From contig OZ245020.1 in the NCBI GenBank assembly GCA_965223865.1, positions 928,001 to 992,000 on the forward strand: DNA of 64,000 bases, written 5' to 3'. Made by a program: the position numbers and the translations under genes. Shown in pieces: positions 10,941-21,936 of the stretch (the stretch's first letter is position 1; each line of letters begins with the position of its first letter). The notes beneath the pieces were generated by a model. That model ran no database searches and had not been told where the DNA came from. It saw only the letters and a list, made by a program, of their open reading frames with translations. The stretch is from Nitrosarchaeum sp. GTDB lineage: Archaea > Thermoproteota > Nitrososphaeria > Nitrososphaerales > Nitrosopumilaceae.

Positions 10941-11135
10941 TTATGCTGCTATTTTTTTGACGTTTGTAGCATTGGGTCCTTTTTGGCCTTCTCCTACTTC
11001 AAATTCGACTTTATCTCCTTCGTTGAGAAATCCATCTACATTTGATTTGTGAACAAAAAGATCGTCACCAGATTCTCTTTCTATAAAGCCAAATCCTTTT
11101 GTGCGATTAAACCATTTTACAGTGCCTTGTTCCAT
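10941..11135 (-). CDS. csp: Cold-shock domain protein
   Basis: GTVKWFN, KGFGFI (RNP1), LFVH (RNP2), KGPNA. Confidence 0.96.
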   Translation of the reverse strand: MEQGTVKWFNRTKGFGFIERESGDDLFVHKSNVDGFLNEGDKVEFEVGEGQKGPNATNVKKIAA

Positions 11136-11301
11136 TTGATTTGAGGTATATCCACCCGTATATTAACTAGGAAATAGAATTGATTTTGGTAAATCTTCTT
11201 CAAAAAATAAAATTTTGATGCAAAAAATCTCATCAAATTTTAGATAACTCGTGAAGTTTTGTCGCCTATGTTTAAATAATGTAAGAGGCCTTCGTGACCC
11301 A

Positions 11302-12414
11302 ATGGTTGGAATCGATCAAGTTCTAGAAAAACTTAGTACTGTTATTGATCCTGACTTGAAAAAAGACATTGTCTCTATGGGGATGATCAAAGACCTTGAA
11401 TTAAATGATGGCAACCTAAAATTTACTTTAGAACTTACAACTCCAGCATGTCCATTCAATGTCGAAATTGAAGATGATGTTAGAAAAGTAATCAGCGAAA
11501 TTGATGGCCTCAAAAATTTTGATATGAATGTAACTGCTAAAGTAATGGAAGGTCGTTCTCTTGATGCCGATACTGGAATGGCCACTGTCAAAAATATTAT
11601 TGGTGTTGCAAGCGGTAAGGGAGGAGTAGGAAAATCTACTGTCTCTCTGAATCTAGCTTTAGCATTATCTCAAACAGGAGCAAAAGTTGGTTTGCTTGAT
11701 GCCGATATCTATGGCCCAAGTATTCCTTTGATGCTTGGAATGAAAGATGGATACATGGAAGTTGAAGATAACAAATTACAACCTGCAGAATCTAATGGAC
11801 TTAAAGTCGTTTCATTTGGTTTCTTTGCTGAACAATCTCATCAGGCAGCAATCTATAGAGGTCCAATTATTTCTGGAATCTTAAAACAATTTTTAGTTGA
11901 TACAAACTGGTCTGACTTGGATTATCTTATTGTAGACTTACCCCCCGGAACTGGAGATATTCCGTTGACACTTGCACAAACAATTCCAATCACTGGAATT
12001 CTAGTAGTTACAACTCCACAAGATGTTGCAAGTAATGTTGCTGTCAAAGCAATTGGCATGTTTGAAAAACTAAACGTTCCAATTATAGGTGTGGTAGAAA
12101 ATATGAGCCATTTTATCTGTCCTAGTTGTAATGATAAACATTACATCTTTGGTGATGGTGGAGCAAAAAAGATCTCTGAACAATTCAATATCCCATTTTT
12201 AGGTGAAATTCCACTAAATTCTGGTATTATGTCTGGTTCTGATTTAGGTAAACCAATAATGATTTCAAGTCCTGATTCTCCAAGTGCAGAAGCGTTTAGA
12301 GTAAGTGCAAAAAATATTGCTGCTCAATGTAGTATTCTTGCTGCAAAATTACAACAAGAAATGGCTTCTGAAGAAAATACCGAATCTGCACCTGAAGCAA
12401 GCACCTCGAATTAA
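11302..12414 (+). CDS. mrp: Mrp/ApbC/NBP35 Fe-S cluster carrier ATPase
   Basis: N-terminal DUF59-like domain (LTTPACP), SGKGGVGKS, DLPPGTGD, ENMS..CPSC; start moved to ATG 11302. Confidence 0.93.
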   Translation: MVGIDQVLEKLSTVIDPDLKKDIVSMGMIKDLELNDGNLKFTLELTTPACPFNVEIEDDVRKVISEIDGLKNFDMNVTAKVMEGRSLDADTGMATVKNIIGVASGKGGVGKSTVSLNLALALSQTGAKVGLLDADIYGPSIPLMLGMKDGYMEVEDNKLQPAESNGLKVVSFGFFAEQSHQAAIYRGPIISGILKQFLVDTNWSDLDYLIVDLPPGTGDIPLTLAQTIPITGILVVTTPQDVASNVAVKAIGMFEKLNVPIIGVVENMSHFICPSCNDKHYIFGDGGAKKISEQFNIPFLGEIPLNSGIMSGSDLGKPIMISSPDSPSAEAFRVSAKNIAAQCSILAAKLQQEMASEENTESAPEASTSN

Positions 12415-12425
12415 TTCTGATTCTT

Positions 12426-12923
12426 GTGAAGTTACCTGATTCTCTCAGAGAACAACTGAAAATTCCCTTGGGTGATTTATTGCTAGAAAAAGATGTGACA
12501 AAACAAAATATCATACAATACCTTTCAAACAATTCATTTGTAATTACTGTTGGAGATAGAACCACTGAAAAAATGATTAACTTTGGTCTCACACCATCAG
12601 TACAAATTATTGACAACCAAGAAAAGAGAATAAAGCGAGATTCACCAAAGGACGAACATATCTCAATAGAATTAAAATGTAACAACCCTGCAGCAGAAAT
12701 TACTGAACAAAGTATTGATACTATCAAAAAGGCATTTTCATTAAAACCTCCTGTAAGAATTGTTGTACACGGAGAAGAAGATCTTTTAGTTATTCCAGTT
12801 TGTATTCATGCTCCTAAAGATTCTGTGGTGTTGTATGGGCAACCTGATGAAGGACTAGTTATAGTCCAAATAACTCCTGAAATAAGAATTAAAACACAAA
12901 GGTTACTTGATTCAATGGAATGA
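12426..12923 (+). CDS. GTP-dependent dephospho-CoA kinase (DUF359)
   Basis: LKIPLG, TVGD, GEEDL, LYGQP. Confidence 0.88.
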   Translation: MKLPDSLREQLKIPLGDLLLEKDVTKQNIIQYLSNNSFVITVGDRTTEKMINFGLTPSVQIIDNQEKRIKRDSPKDEHISIELKCNNPAAEITEQSIDTIKKAFSLKPPVRIVVHGEEDLLVIPVCIHAPKDSVVLYGQPDEGLVIVQITPEIRIKTQRLLDSME

Positions 12924-12926
12924 TTG

Positions 12927-12984
12927 GGGTATGATGAGACGGTGGCTGTATGACTCGTGATTACACTACTAAAAACTCTGACCC
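12927..12984 (+). ncRNA. C/D-box methylation guide sRNA
   Basis: Box C ATGATGA 12931-37, D' ATGA 12950-53, C' GTGATTA 12957-63, box D CTGA 12978-81, flanking GGG/CCC stem. Confidence 0.8.
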
Positions 12985-13076
12985 TATTAATTCATAATTT
13001 TAAAGAATCAAAATAAACCAAATTTTATACAACAATTGACATTTTAAGATAAACACAAATTGATGCAAAGACAACT

Positions 13077-13454
13077 GTGAAACTTGATCTTGATCTTAGA
13101 TTGCAAATTCTAGAAAAAGTTGGCATATACTCTAATCGTTTCTCAATTTCTGAACCTCAAATTCTCTTAACAACCAAGGAAGTTCTAGATGCTCCAAAAG
13201 AAATGACTGAAGGTAGACGTACATCTGCCTACAAGTATTATGGGGTCTCTTATCTTCAACATGATCTTGTCTTCATTAATGTTAGAAAAATCCCTGATGA
13301 AAAGACTCTTGAAAACACAATAGTACATGAATTAATCCATCTGAGATTTCCCTATCTTGCTCACGGAAAGAGATTCAACAAACTTGTTCGTCAGGGTCTT
13401 CGCGGGAAAACATTTTTGCCATATAGAAAAAGAAGTAAAATTTCTGCTATTTGA
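13077..13454 (+). CDS. Small zincin-like metallopeptidase-fold protein
   Basis: IVHELIH (HExxH) followed by HGKRF. Confidence 0.65.
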   Translation: MKLDLDLRLQILEKVGIYSNRFSISEPQILLTTKEVLDAPKEMTEGRRTSAYKYYGVSYLQHDLVFINVRKIPDEKTLENTIVHELIHLRFPYLAHGKRFNKLVRQGLRGKTFLPYRKRSKISAI

Positions 13455-13490
13455 TTTATATTTCCAAGAATAAGGCAAGCTGAGTATAAC

Positions 13491-15527
13491 ATGGAAATCC
13501 AGGAATTGTTGCCCATAGGGGCCGGCATTGCTTCCTTTCTAGTTGCAGCAGGACTAGTGGCCTGGATTACAAAACAACCATCTGGAACAAAAGAAATGAT
13601 GGAAATCTCAAATGCTGTCAAAGTCGGAGCAGCTGCATTTCTAAAAAGAGAGATGAAAATTATTGTTCCAGTTGCCGTAGCATTATCAGTAATAATTGGT
13701 GCATTTCTTCAACCCTCAAATGGAATTGCATTTGCAGTTGGAGCAACATTATCTGCAGTAGCAGGATTAATCTCATTAAAAATTACAGTAAAAGCTGCAG
13801 TCAGGGCTGCAAATCTAAGTAGCAGTGGTCTTGGAAAGACTTTTGCTATGGCCTTTAGAGGTGGTGCCACAGTTGGTTTAGCAGTTCCTGCAATGGCTCT
13901 TTTGGCAATTACTGGTTTGTACCTGATTTATCCAGATCCCATCACAATTGCAGGAGTTGGTATTGGAGCAAGCCTTATTGCATTATTCATAAGAATCGGT
14001 GGTGGTATATTTACAAAGGCTGCCGATATGGGTGCAGACTTGGTAGGAAAAGTTGAGGCAAACATTCCTGAAGATGATCCAAGAAATCCTGCCACCATTG
14101 CAGATAATGTAGGTGATAATGTTGGTGATGCTGCAGGGATGGGTTCTGATGTTTATGAATCTTATATAGTTACTATCCTTGCTGCATTGTTAATTGCAGC
14201 ACTAATTGGAGCTCCTGATTTATTCTTGTATCCAATCTTAATTGGAGCATCAGGAATGATTGCATCGATTATCGGTGTGGTTATTGTTGGTTCTAAAGAT
14301 ATTAAAGATGTAATGCAGCCTCTTAATCGTTCATTTTATGTTTCAGCAGCAATTGCAATTGGGTTAAACTATGTGTTTACAACTCAGTTTATTGATTCAT
14401 CAGCATCTTATGCATTATTTGGCACAACGGTAATTGGAGTCATTCTTGTACCCGTGATACAAAAAATTACTGATAGATATACAAATTACAAATATGGTCC
14501 TGTTAATGAAATTGCAGATTCTGCAAAATGGGGATACGCATCATTAACTCTTATGGGAATTATCAAAGGATTACAATCTACAGGACCATTTATGATTGCA
14601 CTTGTAGTGGCAATTATTGTCTCATTTAGCATTTCGTCAGCTGCAGCACCAGAAGGCGCTGATCCAATACTATATGGAATCTTTGGAACTTCATTGACTG
14701 CGATGGCAATGCTTAGTCTTGCAGGAATTGTTCTAAGTATTGATGCCTTTGGCCCCATTGCTGATAATGCAGGAGGAATTGTAGAGATGACAGGAATGGG
14801 TGAAGAAAATCGTAAAGTTACTGATGAAATAGATGCAGTAGGTAATACTACCAAAGCAGTAACCAAAGGATTTGCAATTGCTAGTGCTGCACTGGCTGCT
14901 TTGGCTATGATTCAAGCATTTCAGTTTGAAGCAGAGCATGTATTTGAAGGAATTTTGGCATTAGATTATAGCTTGACAAACCCTGCCGTAGTAATTGGCT
15001 TACTTGTGGGCGGATTGATTCCATTTATTATCACAGGCCAATTGATTAATGGTGTATCTAGAGCTGCAGGAAAAATGGTAGATGAGGTCAGGAGACAATT
15101 CAAGGCAGATCCTGAAATTCTTACCGGTAAATCAAAACCCGATTATGCAAAATGTGTAGATATTGCAACGGTTGCATCAATTAAAGAACTTTGGAAACCT
15201 GCACTCATTGCAATTATTGCTCCTATTATTCTTGGAATCCTTTTAGGTCCAACTGCAGTAGCAGGATTACTTATGGGCTCAGTTGTAACTGGAATCTTTT
15301 TGGCATACCATCTGGCAAATACTGGCGGTGCATGGGATAATGCAAAGAAACTAGTAGAAATGAAAGGGCAAAAGGGTTCAGAAGTGCATAAAGTTGCAGT
15401 AGTTGGTGATATTATCGGTGATCCTTACAAAGACACTGCAGGTCCGGCATTAAACACTGTGATCAAGTTGTTAAACACCATTGCAATTGTCTTTGTATCT
15501 GCATTTGTAGCAATTATTGCAATCTAG
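13491..15527 (+). CDS. hppA: Membrane-bound H+-translocating pyrophosphatase (probably K+-independent type)
   Basis: GGGIFTKAADMGADLVGKVE, EDDPRN, DNVGDNVGD, GNTTKA (Lys determinant), GDPYKDTAGP. Confidence 0.96.
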   Translation: MEIQELLPIGAGIASFLVAAGLVAWITKQPSGTKEMMEISNAVKVGAAAFLKREMKIIVPVAVALSVIIGAFLQPSNGIAFAVGATLSAVAGLISLKITVKAAVRAANLSSSGLGKTFAMAFRGGATVGLAVPAMALLAITGLYLIYPDPITIAGVGIGASLIALFIRIGGGIFTKAADMGADLVGKVEANIPEDDPRNPATIADNVGDNVGDAAGMGSDVYESYIVTILAALLIAALIGAPDLFLYPILIGASGMIASIIGVVIVGSKDIKDVMQPLNRSFYVSAAIAIGLNYVFTTQFIDSSASYALFGTTVIGVILVPVIQKITDRYTNYKYGPVNEIADSAKWGYASLTLMGIIKGLQSTGPFMIALVVAIIVSFSISSAAAPEGADPILYGIFGTSLTAMAMLSLAGIVLSIDAFGPIADNAGGIVEMTGMGEENRKVTDEIDAVGNTTKAVTKGFAIASAALAALAMIQAFQFEAEHVFEGILALDYSLTNPAVVIGLLVGGLIPFIITGQLINGVSRAAGKMVDEVRRQFKADPEILTGKSKPDYAKCVDIATVASIKELWKPALIAIIAPIILGILLGPTAVAGLLMGSVVTGIFLAYHLANTGGAWDNAKKLVEMKGQKGSEVHKVAVVGDIIGDPYKDTAGPALNTVIKLLNTIAIVFVSAFVAIIAI

Positions 15528-15712
15528 TTTTTCTCTTCTATTACTAGTGTCAAATCTAATTCGTCTATTTGAGCTTGAATTGCCTTTTTCAAAGTTTCAT
15601 TGTGTTTGTCACAAAATTTGAAATAATCGTCTGCAGTTTGAAAACAACCACAAATCCACCTTGTTTTTTTGTCTCCTTCAACTGTCCACTTTGAATACTT
15701 TTGTTCTGCCAT
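15524..15712 (-). CDS. Small hypothetical protein with CGC..CDKH
   Basis: 62 aa ORF with ATG start filling the gap after hppA. Confidence 0.65.
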   Translation of the reverse strand: MAEQKYSKWTVEGDKKTRWICGCFQTADDYFKFCDKHNETLKKAIQAQIDELDLTLVIEEKN

Positions 15713-15775
15713 AACTTAAAAAAAATAGAGTCATAAAAAAATCTAGTTTTTCTAAATAGAAAAAGGAAAAAGTGC

Positions 15776-16033
15776 TTAAGGACAGCCTTCCATTTTCTGG
15801 ATAAAGTAACCGTTTTCCTTAATTGCCTGCTCAACAGGTTCTGGTGCACCTTGAGAATGGCAGAACTGACATTCATTTTGTGTCATAACTGCATTTTCTT
15901 CCCCAATTGATTTTAACCACTCTTTGCCATAGTTGATGGCTTTATCGTGGTCTTTTTCTCCGGTAATTACATCAAAGTGCATAGTATGACCATCTGCTGC
16001 TTTGACATACGTATCGTATACGTGAATTTCCAT
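15776..16033 (-). CDS. DUF2024-family protein
   Basis: MEIHVYDTYV..MHFDV..CQFCH..MEGC. Confidence 0.85.
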   Translation of the reverse strand: MEIHVYDTYVKAADGHTMHFDVITGEKDHDKAINYGKEWLKSIGEENAVMTQNECQFCHSQGAPEPVEQAIKENGYFIQKMEGCP

Positions 16034-16081
16034 ACATGTAATCAAGCGAAGGGATATTTAATTCAAAGATCATCGGATTTT

Positions 16082-16471
16082 ATGACTTATACTGTTCAGG
16101 TTGAAATTGTAAACTCTCCCATCATAACTTTTGAATTAGAGGGATATAGTTCACCTGAAACTGTCAAACAATTCGTACGTAATCTTCCTTTTTCTCTTTC
16201 TCTCAATGTATGGGGTGAGGAGATTTACACAAGTGAATCTCCAATAGACATACCAGAAGAAAATGCCAAACCTCTTGTCAATCTTTATGATGTCGCTTAT
16301 TGGCCAACAGGAAAAGCAATTTGTTTGTTTTTTGGTCCAACCCCAATAGGAAAAAAAGGAGAGATAACACCTGCATCACCAGTAAATGTAATTGGAAAAA
16401 TCATTACGCCTGACAAATCTGTTCTAAACATTGCTGATGGCAAAACCGCAATCTTCAGGCTAAAATCATAG
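16082..16471 (+). CDS. Cyclophilin-like fold protein (DUF369-like)
   Basis: WGEEIY, AYWPTGKAICLFFGPTP, PVNVIG. Confidence 0.8.
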   Translation: MTYTVQVEIVNSPIITFELEGYSSPETVKQFVRNLPFSLSLNVWGEEIYTSESPIDIPEENAKPLVNLYDVAYWPTGKAICLFFGPTPIGKKGEITPASPVNVIGKIITPDKSVLNIADGKTAIFRLKS

Positions 16472-16870
16472 AAATTCAATAGGAATTTCTATGATGTCTG
16501 TTTCAAGAACATATGATCTGAATTCTCTTGAAATCCCTGAATAAATTATCCACACTACTGGATTTGTAAGCATGAATTGTTTGTCCTTATTGGAAGGATA
16601 TGCAACTGAATCTGGGTGTGAGTGAAAAATTCCTATTACTTCTATTTTTTTTTCTTCAGCCAATTTGTAGCCTTCAATTAATTGATCATTTGATATGGTA
16701 AAGTTTACTGGTGACTCTTCAATATTTTTTGTCAGAAATACCTCACTTACAAGACTGTTTTCATTTTTGACTGTACCAAATAATATTGCACATGATTCAT
16801 TTGGTTTTTCATTTTCAGCATGTTCTAAAAGTAGTCTTTTTTGGGATTTTTTTAATACTATTTTTTTCAA
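16466..16870 (-). CDS. JAMM/MPN+ (M67) metalloprotease
   Basis: PNESC and FHSHP..PSNKD JAMM motif; start set at the TTG after the upstream gene's stop. Confidence 0.88.
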   Translation of the reverse strand: MKKIVLKKSQKRLLLEHAENEKPNESCAILFGTVKNENSLVSEVFLTKNIEESPVNFTISNDQLIEGYKLAEEKKIEVIGIFHSHPDSVAYPSNKDKQFMLTNPVVWIIYSGISREFRSYVLETDIIEIPIEFL

Positions 16871-16872
16871 AT

Positions 16873-17970
16873 TTATTCTACTTCTACTATTCCTACCATC
16901 CAAGGATGAACAATACAATAGTAATCTACTGTTCCGGAATTGGTAAATGTATATTCAAACGAATCTCCAGCATTCATTAAATCTGAATCAAATAATCCAT
17001 CTGGTCCTTCATTAGGGGTTCCAGATGTAACAGTATGAATTGTACTGTCGTTATTTTCCCAAATAACTTTGGTCCCAGATACAATTTGAATTAATTCTGG
17101 ATCATAATAGATTTGTCCCATCTGCTGAATTCCTGCACCTTCTGGCATTGATACTATTACATCTTCTTTTGGCTCTTCAATTATTAATGTAGAGACCATC
17201 CAAGGGTGAACAACACATAGATATTCATATTCTCCAATTGCTAATTCGCTTGTATCTAATGTGAATTTCTCACCAGCTCCCATTAGACTAGAGTCAAATG
17301 TTTCTCCAAAGTCTACCGAACTAGTTACAGTATGTGCAACAGAATCTACATTTATCCATTCGACAATGTGTCCTTGAGGTACTTTAGCTATGTCTGGTTC
17401 ATAATCTGGCATTCCTTGCTCGGCAGATCCTTCTAGTATTTCAATTGTAAATATTGGACCTGATGGTTCTATCTCTGCATCTGATGGCTCTTCAATTTCT
17501 AGAGCTGATTCATCTATCATGTAGGTATCTGGAGTAATAAATCCAAATGCTATCCAAACTATAATTCCAGTTGCTCCTGCCATTCCAGCTATTGCTCCTA
17601 TTGGTTTTGCAAATTGAGGGTGTTTCATTGCAAGATATGCTATCATTATTGAAGGAAATGCAATTGCAAGCAAAATTCCGGCTATTGTAACAGTATAATT
17701 TGATGTGTTCATAGTAAATGCAAAAGCACCAAATCCTAATGCAATTGAGATTACTACCAAAGCTGTAGCTTTTGCTCTGTTACTAGTTGATACTCCTCCA
17801 TCAAGAATTCCTGCTGAAAGAAAAATTAACCCGATAAACATGGTCAGGCCTGTCAAAGCATGCATTCCGTCTATGAAAGTGTGGGCAATCCCAGAGTAGG
17901 AAAGTGTCACACCAGCTAAACCTATGGATGTTAATCCCATACCTGGCATCATGAGGTCCCAGTTACTCAT
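16873..17970 (-). CDS. Membrane-anchored protein with two cupredoxin (blue copper) domains
   Basis: About 5 TM helices, then two HTVTS...YxCxxHPWM domains. Confidence 0.9.
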   Translation of the reverse strand: MSNWDLMMPGMGLTSIGLAGVTLSYSGIAHTFIDGMHALTGLTMFIGLIFLSAGILDGGVSTSNRAKATALVVISIALGFGAFAFTMNTSNYTVTIAGILLAIAFPSIMIAYLAMKHPQFAKPIGAIAGMAGATGIIVWIAFGFITPDTYMIDESALEIEEPSDAEIEPSGPIFTIEILEGSAEQGMPDYEPDIAKVPQGHIVEWINVDSVAHTVTSSVDFGETFDSSLMGAGEKFTLDTSELAIGEYEYLCVVHPWMVSTLIIEEPKEDVIVSMPEGAGIQQMGQIYYDPELIQIVSGTKVIWENNDSTIHTVTSGTPNEGPDGLFDSDLMNAGDSFEYTFTNSGTVDYYCIVHPWMVGIVEVE

Positions 17971-18063
17971 TCATGCTAGCTGGTAGAACTGAGATACTTA
18001 TTCCTTTTGAAATTGGGGGGATCATCAAAGAAATTAAATGGCTTCAGAATGGTATAGAGTAGA

Positions 18064-18942
18064 TTGGGCTTTAATGAAGTAGTAGAGATATCCAAACCAA
18101 GGATAGTGGTACTTTTGGTGATTACTGCTGTAACATCGATGTACGCCGCTAGTAAACTGGTTGAAGGAACTCCTGAATTAAATTATTGGGCATATTTGCA
18201 TATTATTATTGCAGGAGCTTTAGCATCTGCTGGTTCTAGTGCCCTAAATCACTATTATGACAAAGACATTGACCCAAAAATGAGCAGAACTAGTAAAAGG
18301 CCTATTCCCTCAGGTAGAATGGCTGCATCACATGTCTTGATTTATGGATTGGCAGTAAGTTGTATTTCCGTAATCTATGGGTTCTTTGCTCTAAATGCTG
18401 TATCTGCATTTTTTATTGCTTTAGGAATTTTTTCATATGTGATCATCTATACTGTTTGGCTCAAACGTCTAAATACATCAAATATTGTTGTTGGTGGAAT
18501 TGCAGGAAGTGCGGCAGCTTGGGCTGGATGGGCAGCAGCAACAGGAAGTATGGATATACTTGGCTTCTTGGTAGGCTTTTTGGTATTTGTCTGGACTCCT
18601 TCTCACTTTTGGTGTCTTGCAATGAAAATTAAAGATGAATATGCTCAAGCTGAAGTTCCAATGCTTCCTGTAGTTATTGGAATGCAAAAAACTTCAAAGT
18701 ATATTTTAGCAAATACTATAATTTTACTTCCATATTCGCTAGTGCTTTACGCATTTGGAATGGGAGTCGTGTACACTGTAATTGCTGCAGTTTCAGGTGG
18801 CTTGATGCTAGCTTATCACTACAAATTAACAAAAACACCTACTTCTGAATTTGCGTGGAAAGCATACAAAGTTACTGCACCTTATCTTACAATAATTTTT
18901 GTTGCAGTTGCATTAGATGCAGCATTTCATTTTAGGTTTTAG
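18064..18942 (+). CDS. cyoE: Protoheme IX farnesyltransferase (heme O synthase)
   Basis: SKPRI, DKDIDPKMSRTSKRPIPSG, WTPSHFW. Confidence 0.94.
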   Translation: MGFNEVVEISKPRIVVLLVITAVTSMYAASKLVEGTPELNYWAYLHIIIAGALASAGSSALNHYYDKDIDPKMSRTSKRPIPSGRMAASHVLIYGLAVSCISVIYGFFALNAVSAFFIALGIFSYVIIYTVWLKRLNTSNIVVGGIAGSAAAWAGWAAATGSMDILGFLVGFLVFVWTPSHFWCLAMKIKDEYAQAEVPMLPVVIGMQKTSKYILANTIILLPYSLVLYAFGMGVVYTVIAAVSGGLMLAYHYKLTKTPTSEFAWKAYKVTAPYLTIIFVAVALDAAFHFRF

Positions 18943-19239
18943 CTATTTTTCAAATCCAGGAAAACTAGCTTCATAATCTTTTTCCATCATTTCTTGGTTT
19001 TGCTGCTCAACCTCATCTATCTCTTCTTTTATTGAATATACTTCGATTCTTCGATCGTCTTTAGTTATCCACGCTACTTTGATCAGACCCAAAATTTCCA
19101 AGTCCAATAAAAGTTTGTTAAACCTATCTTCAGAAATCACAAATCCATCTTTAGATAACATCTTGAATAGTTCTGAATCTGTCAGTGATCCTGATTCTGT
19201 TATTTTATCCAATACTGTATTTTTTAGTGGAATTGCCAT
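18943..19239 (-). CDS. Conserved hypothetical protein (winged-helix-like)
   Basis: 98 aa, operonic with cdc48; LLDLEILGLIKV. Confidence 0.7.
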   Translation of the reverse strand: MAIPLKNTVLDKITESGSLTDSELFKMLSKDGFVISEDRFNKLLLDLEILGLIKVAWITKDDRRIEVYSIKEEIDEVEQQNQEMMEKDYEASFPGFEK

Positions 19240-19241
19240 AT

Positions 19242-21410
19242 CTATCCATAAAACGATTTATCTTCTGTCTTGGGTACCACATTAGATATACTTTCTCTTA
19301 CACTGTTATACCACTGATCTATATCTTTAGTGATTGATGGTTTTACTTGCTTCAAACTATTTGCAAAATCAGCACTAGTAATTTTTGTGGCGTTTTTTCT
19401 CATTGCATGTACTGCAGATTCTCTGCAAAGTGCTGACAAATCAGCTCCTGTATAGTTTTGCGTTGCAACGGCAATCTCTTGTAATTTTACATCGTTTGCC
19501 AGAGGCATTTTCTTTGTAAGTATTCTGATAATCTCTAATCTTCCTTTTTCATCAGGAGGTGGGACATACAAAACCAAATCTAGTCTGCCTGTTCGTAATA
19601 ATGAATTATCTAAAACATCTGGTCTATTTGTGATTCCTATTACTACTACTCGTGAGGAAATTCCTTCTTCAATTTCTGTTAGTAATTGACTTAGTACTGT
19701 CTCGCTTACTCCTCCTTCTCCTGATTTGTATCTTGCAAGAGAATCAAGCTCATCAAAAATTACAACGCAAGGCGATGATGCCTTTGCTTTTCTAAAGATT
19801 TCCCTCACTGCCTTTTCTGATTCTCCAATCCATTTTGAAAGAATTTCTGGACCTCTGACCAAAATCATATTTGCTCCTGTTTCTGTAGCAAGAGCTCTTG
19901 CCACAAGAGTTTTTCCACATCCTGGTGGTCCATAAATTAATGCTCCCTTTGGTGGTCTAATTCCCATCTTGGTGAATTTCATTGGTTCTTTCATTGCAAG
20001 GATGAGATTATCTGTTAATGCATTTTTGATATTGTCTAATCCTCCAACGTCTTTCCACCAAATTTTTGGTCTTTCGACATAAAACTCCCTCATTGCAGTA
20101 GGGATTACTTCTTGCATTGCATCGTAAAAATCAATTAATTTAATCTGCATTGATTGTAATACTTCTGATGGAATTTTTTCAGTTTCAAGATCAATTTCTG
20201 GAAGATATCTTCTGATTGATTTCATTGCGGCTTCTCTACAAAGTGATTTAATGTCTGCACCGGTATATCCATGCAGTTCTGATGCCAAATCCTTTAGGTC
20301 TACATCTTCTGCAACTGGCATTCCTCTGGTATGAATTAATAAAATTTCGAGTCTCCCATCTTCATTTGGAACGGAAATCTCAAACTCTCTATCAAATCTT
20401 CCTGGTCTTCTAAGTGCCGGATCAACACTGTCTGGTCTATTAGTTGCTCCCAGAACAATTACATTTCCTCTATCAGTTAGTCCATCCATTAATGCTAAGA
20501 GCTGAGCTACTACTCTTTTTTCTACATCTCCATATGCCTCCTCTCTCTTTGGAGCAATGGCATCTATTTCGTCAATGAAAATTATGCTAGGAGAATTGTC
20601 TTTTGCTTCCTTGAAAATATCTCTAAGTTTTGCTTCTGTTTCCCCGTAGTACTTGTTCATGATTTCTGGCCCATTAATTGAATACATATTGGCCTCTGAC
20701 TCACTGGCAAGCACTTTGGCAATGAGTGTTTTTCCACAGCCTGGAGGACCATAGAGCAAAATTCCACTGTGGGGCTCCACTCCTAACCTTGTAAATAATT
20801 CTGGATGCCGTAAAGGAAGCTCCACAATTTCCCTCATTGCTTTTACTTCTTGTCTCAGTCCTCCTACTTCTTCATAGGTCACTCTAACTTTTCTATCTAC
20901 AGTCGTCTCAGTTGATATTGTGAGGTTTGTAGAACGGTCAATCTTTACTACGTGTTTTGGAGTTGTTTTTGTAATCTTAAAATCCATTGAATTTCCTAGA
21001 ATCATTACCGAAATTTCATCTCCATGTATGATGGGCAATCCTTTCAATCTGTTTTTTACAAAATCTGTGAATTCTTTGTCAACTGTAACTGCATCATTTA
21101 CAGGAATTAATGAAACAGATTTTGCAATCTTGGATGTTACTTTTTTTATTTTTACGATGTCATTTAATGATGCACCAACATTTTTTCTTGTCTGTCCGTC
21201 GATTCTAATTATGTCTGGAAACTTTTCATCCTCATCTACTGGCCAGACAACTGCACAACTTGATCTAGATCCCATAATTTCAATGATATCTCCAGGTGTA
21301 ACTTTCAGATAATCCATAGCTTCTGGACCCACTCTGGCTCTCTTCTTACCTACATCTCTTTGTTTAGCTTCTCCGATTCTCATCTGCAAAGGTTCTTCTT
21401 TGCGTCCCAA
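19242..21410 (-). CDS. cdc48: CDC48/VAT AAA+ ATPase
   Basis: N-domain plus two AAA modules (GPPGCGKT twice, RRPGRFD). Confidence 0.96.
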   Translation of the reverse strand: MGRKEEPLQMRIGEAKQRDVGKKRARVGPEAMDYLKVTPGDIIEIMGSRSSCAVVWPVDEDEKFPDIIRIDGQTRKNVGASLNDIVKIKKVTSKIAKSVSLIPVNDAVTVDKEFTDFVKNRLKGLPIIHGDEISVMILGNSMDFKITKTTPKHVVKIDRSTNLTISTETTVDRKVRVTYEEVGGLRQEVKAMREIVELPLRHPELFTRLGVEPHSGILLYGPPGCGKTLIAKVLASESEANMYSINGPEIMNKYYGETEAKLRDIFKEAKDNSPSIIFIDEIDAIAPKREEAYGDVEKRVVAQLLALMDGLTDRGNVIVLGATNRPDSVDPALRRPGRFDREFEISVPNEDGRLEILLIHTRGMPVAEDVDLKDLASELHGYTGADIKSLCREAAMKSIRRYLPEIDLETEKIPSEVLQSMQIKLIDFYDAMQEVIPTAMREFYVERPKIWWKDVGGLDNIKNALTDNLILAMKEPMKFTKMGIRPPKGALIYGPPGCGKTLVARALATETGANMILVRGPEILSKWIGESEKAVREIFRKAKASSPCVVIFDELDSLARYKSGEGGVSETVLSQLLTEIEEGISSRVVVIGITNRPDVLDNSLLRTGRLDLVLYVPPPDEKGRLEIIRILTKKMPLANDVKLQEIAVATQNYTGADLSALCRESAVHAMRKNATKITSADFANSLKQVKPSITKDIDQWYNSVRESISNVVPKTEDKSFYG

Positions 21411-21418
21411 AAAACCAC

Positions 21419-21700
21419 CTATTTCATGTCAACTGACATTCTGCTCATGTTGAGGACTTCAAATTCACTTACTCCCTCAACAGATTTCACTGCATTTTCT
21501 AAAGAATCCATCTGGCCTTCTTTGTCATCTAAGATGAACTCTGCTTTTATGAATTCCAATCCAAAAGCTAATGGTTCTTTTGCATGTCTTTTCATAACAA
21601 TCCCTTCTGCCAGTTTATTCTGAATAGTTTCTGCCAATTTGTCTAGATCGATCTCCGTTCCTGTGGGAAGAATTTTTGTAACTAATAGTAATTGAGCCAT
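21419..21700 (-). CDS. ef1b: Translation elongation factor 1-beta
   Basis: KILP, EPLAFGL; follows Zn-ribbon gene as is usual in archaea. Confidence 0.92.
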   Translation of the reverse strand: MAQLLLVTKILPTGTEIDLDKLAETIQNKLAEGIVMKRHAKEPLAFGLEFIKAEFILDDKEGQMDSLENAVKSVEGVSEFEVLNMSRMSVDMK

Positions 21701-21703
21701 TTT

Positions 21704-21883
21704 CTAAGGTCCTTGAAAGTTACATGAACTGCAAATATAGTTTCTTGCGGCTTCTCTGCAACTTTCACATCTCCAAATTAGATCAGCACCACAGTTTGGA
21801 CAATTAAATTTCACACATTTATCATTTGGCATGATATGTCTGTGGCAACAACTACATGTTGGTAATGAAATCGTAGATGACAT
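21704..21883 (-). CDS. Zn-ribbon RNA-binding protein (DUF1610 / HVO_2753-like)
   Basis: CSCC, FNCPNCG, RCESCR, YICSSCNFQGP. Confidence 0.88.
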   Translation of the reverse strand: MSSTISLPTCSCCHRHIMPNDKCVKFNCPNCGADLIWRCESCREAARNYICSSCNFQGP

Positions 21884-21936
21884 ACCAAAAAGTTCTGTAA
21901 ACATCATTTATACCTTGCTTAGAATTTGTGCACAGA

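Noticed and set aside
16873-18942. Double cupredoxin divergent from cyoE as a novel respiratory module
   Set aside because: Multi-cupredoxin membrane proteins are common in AOA; nothing distinctive seen
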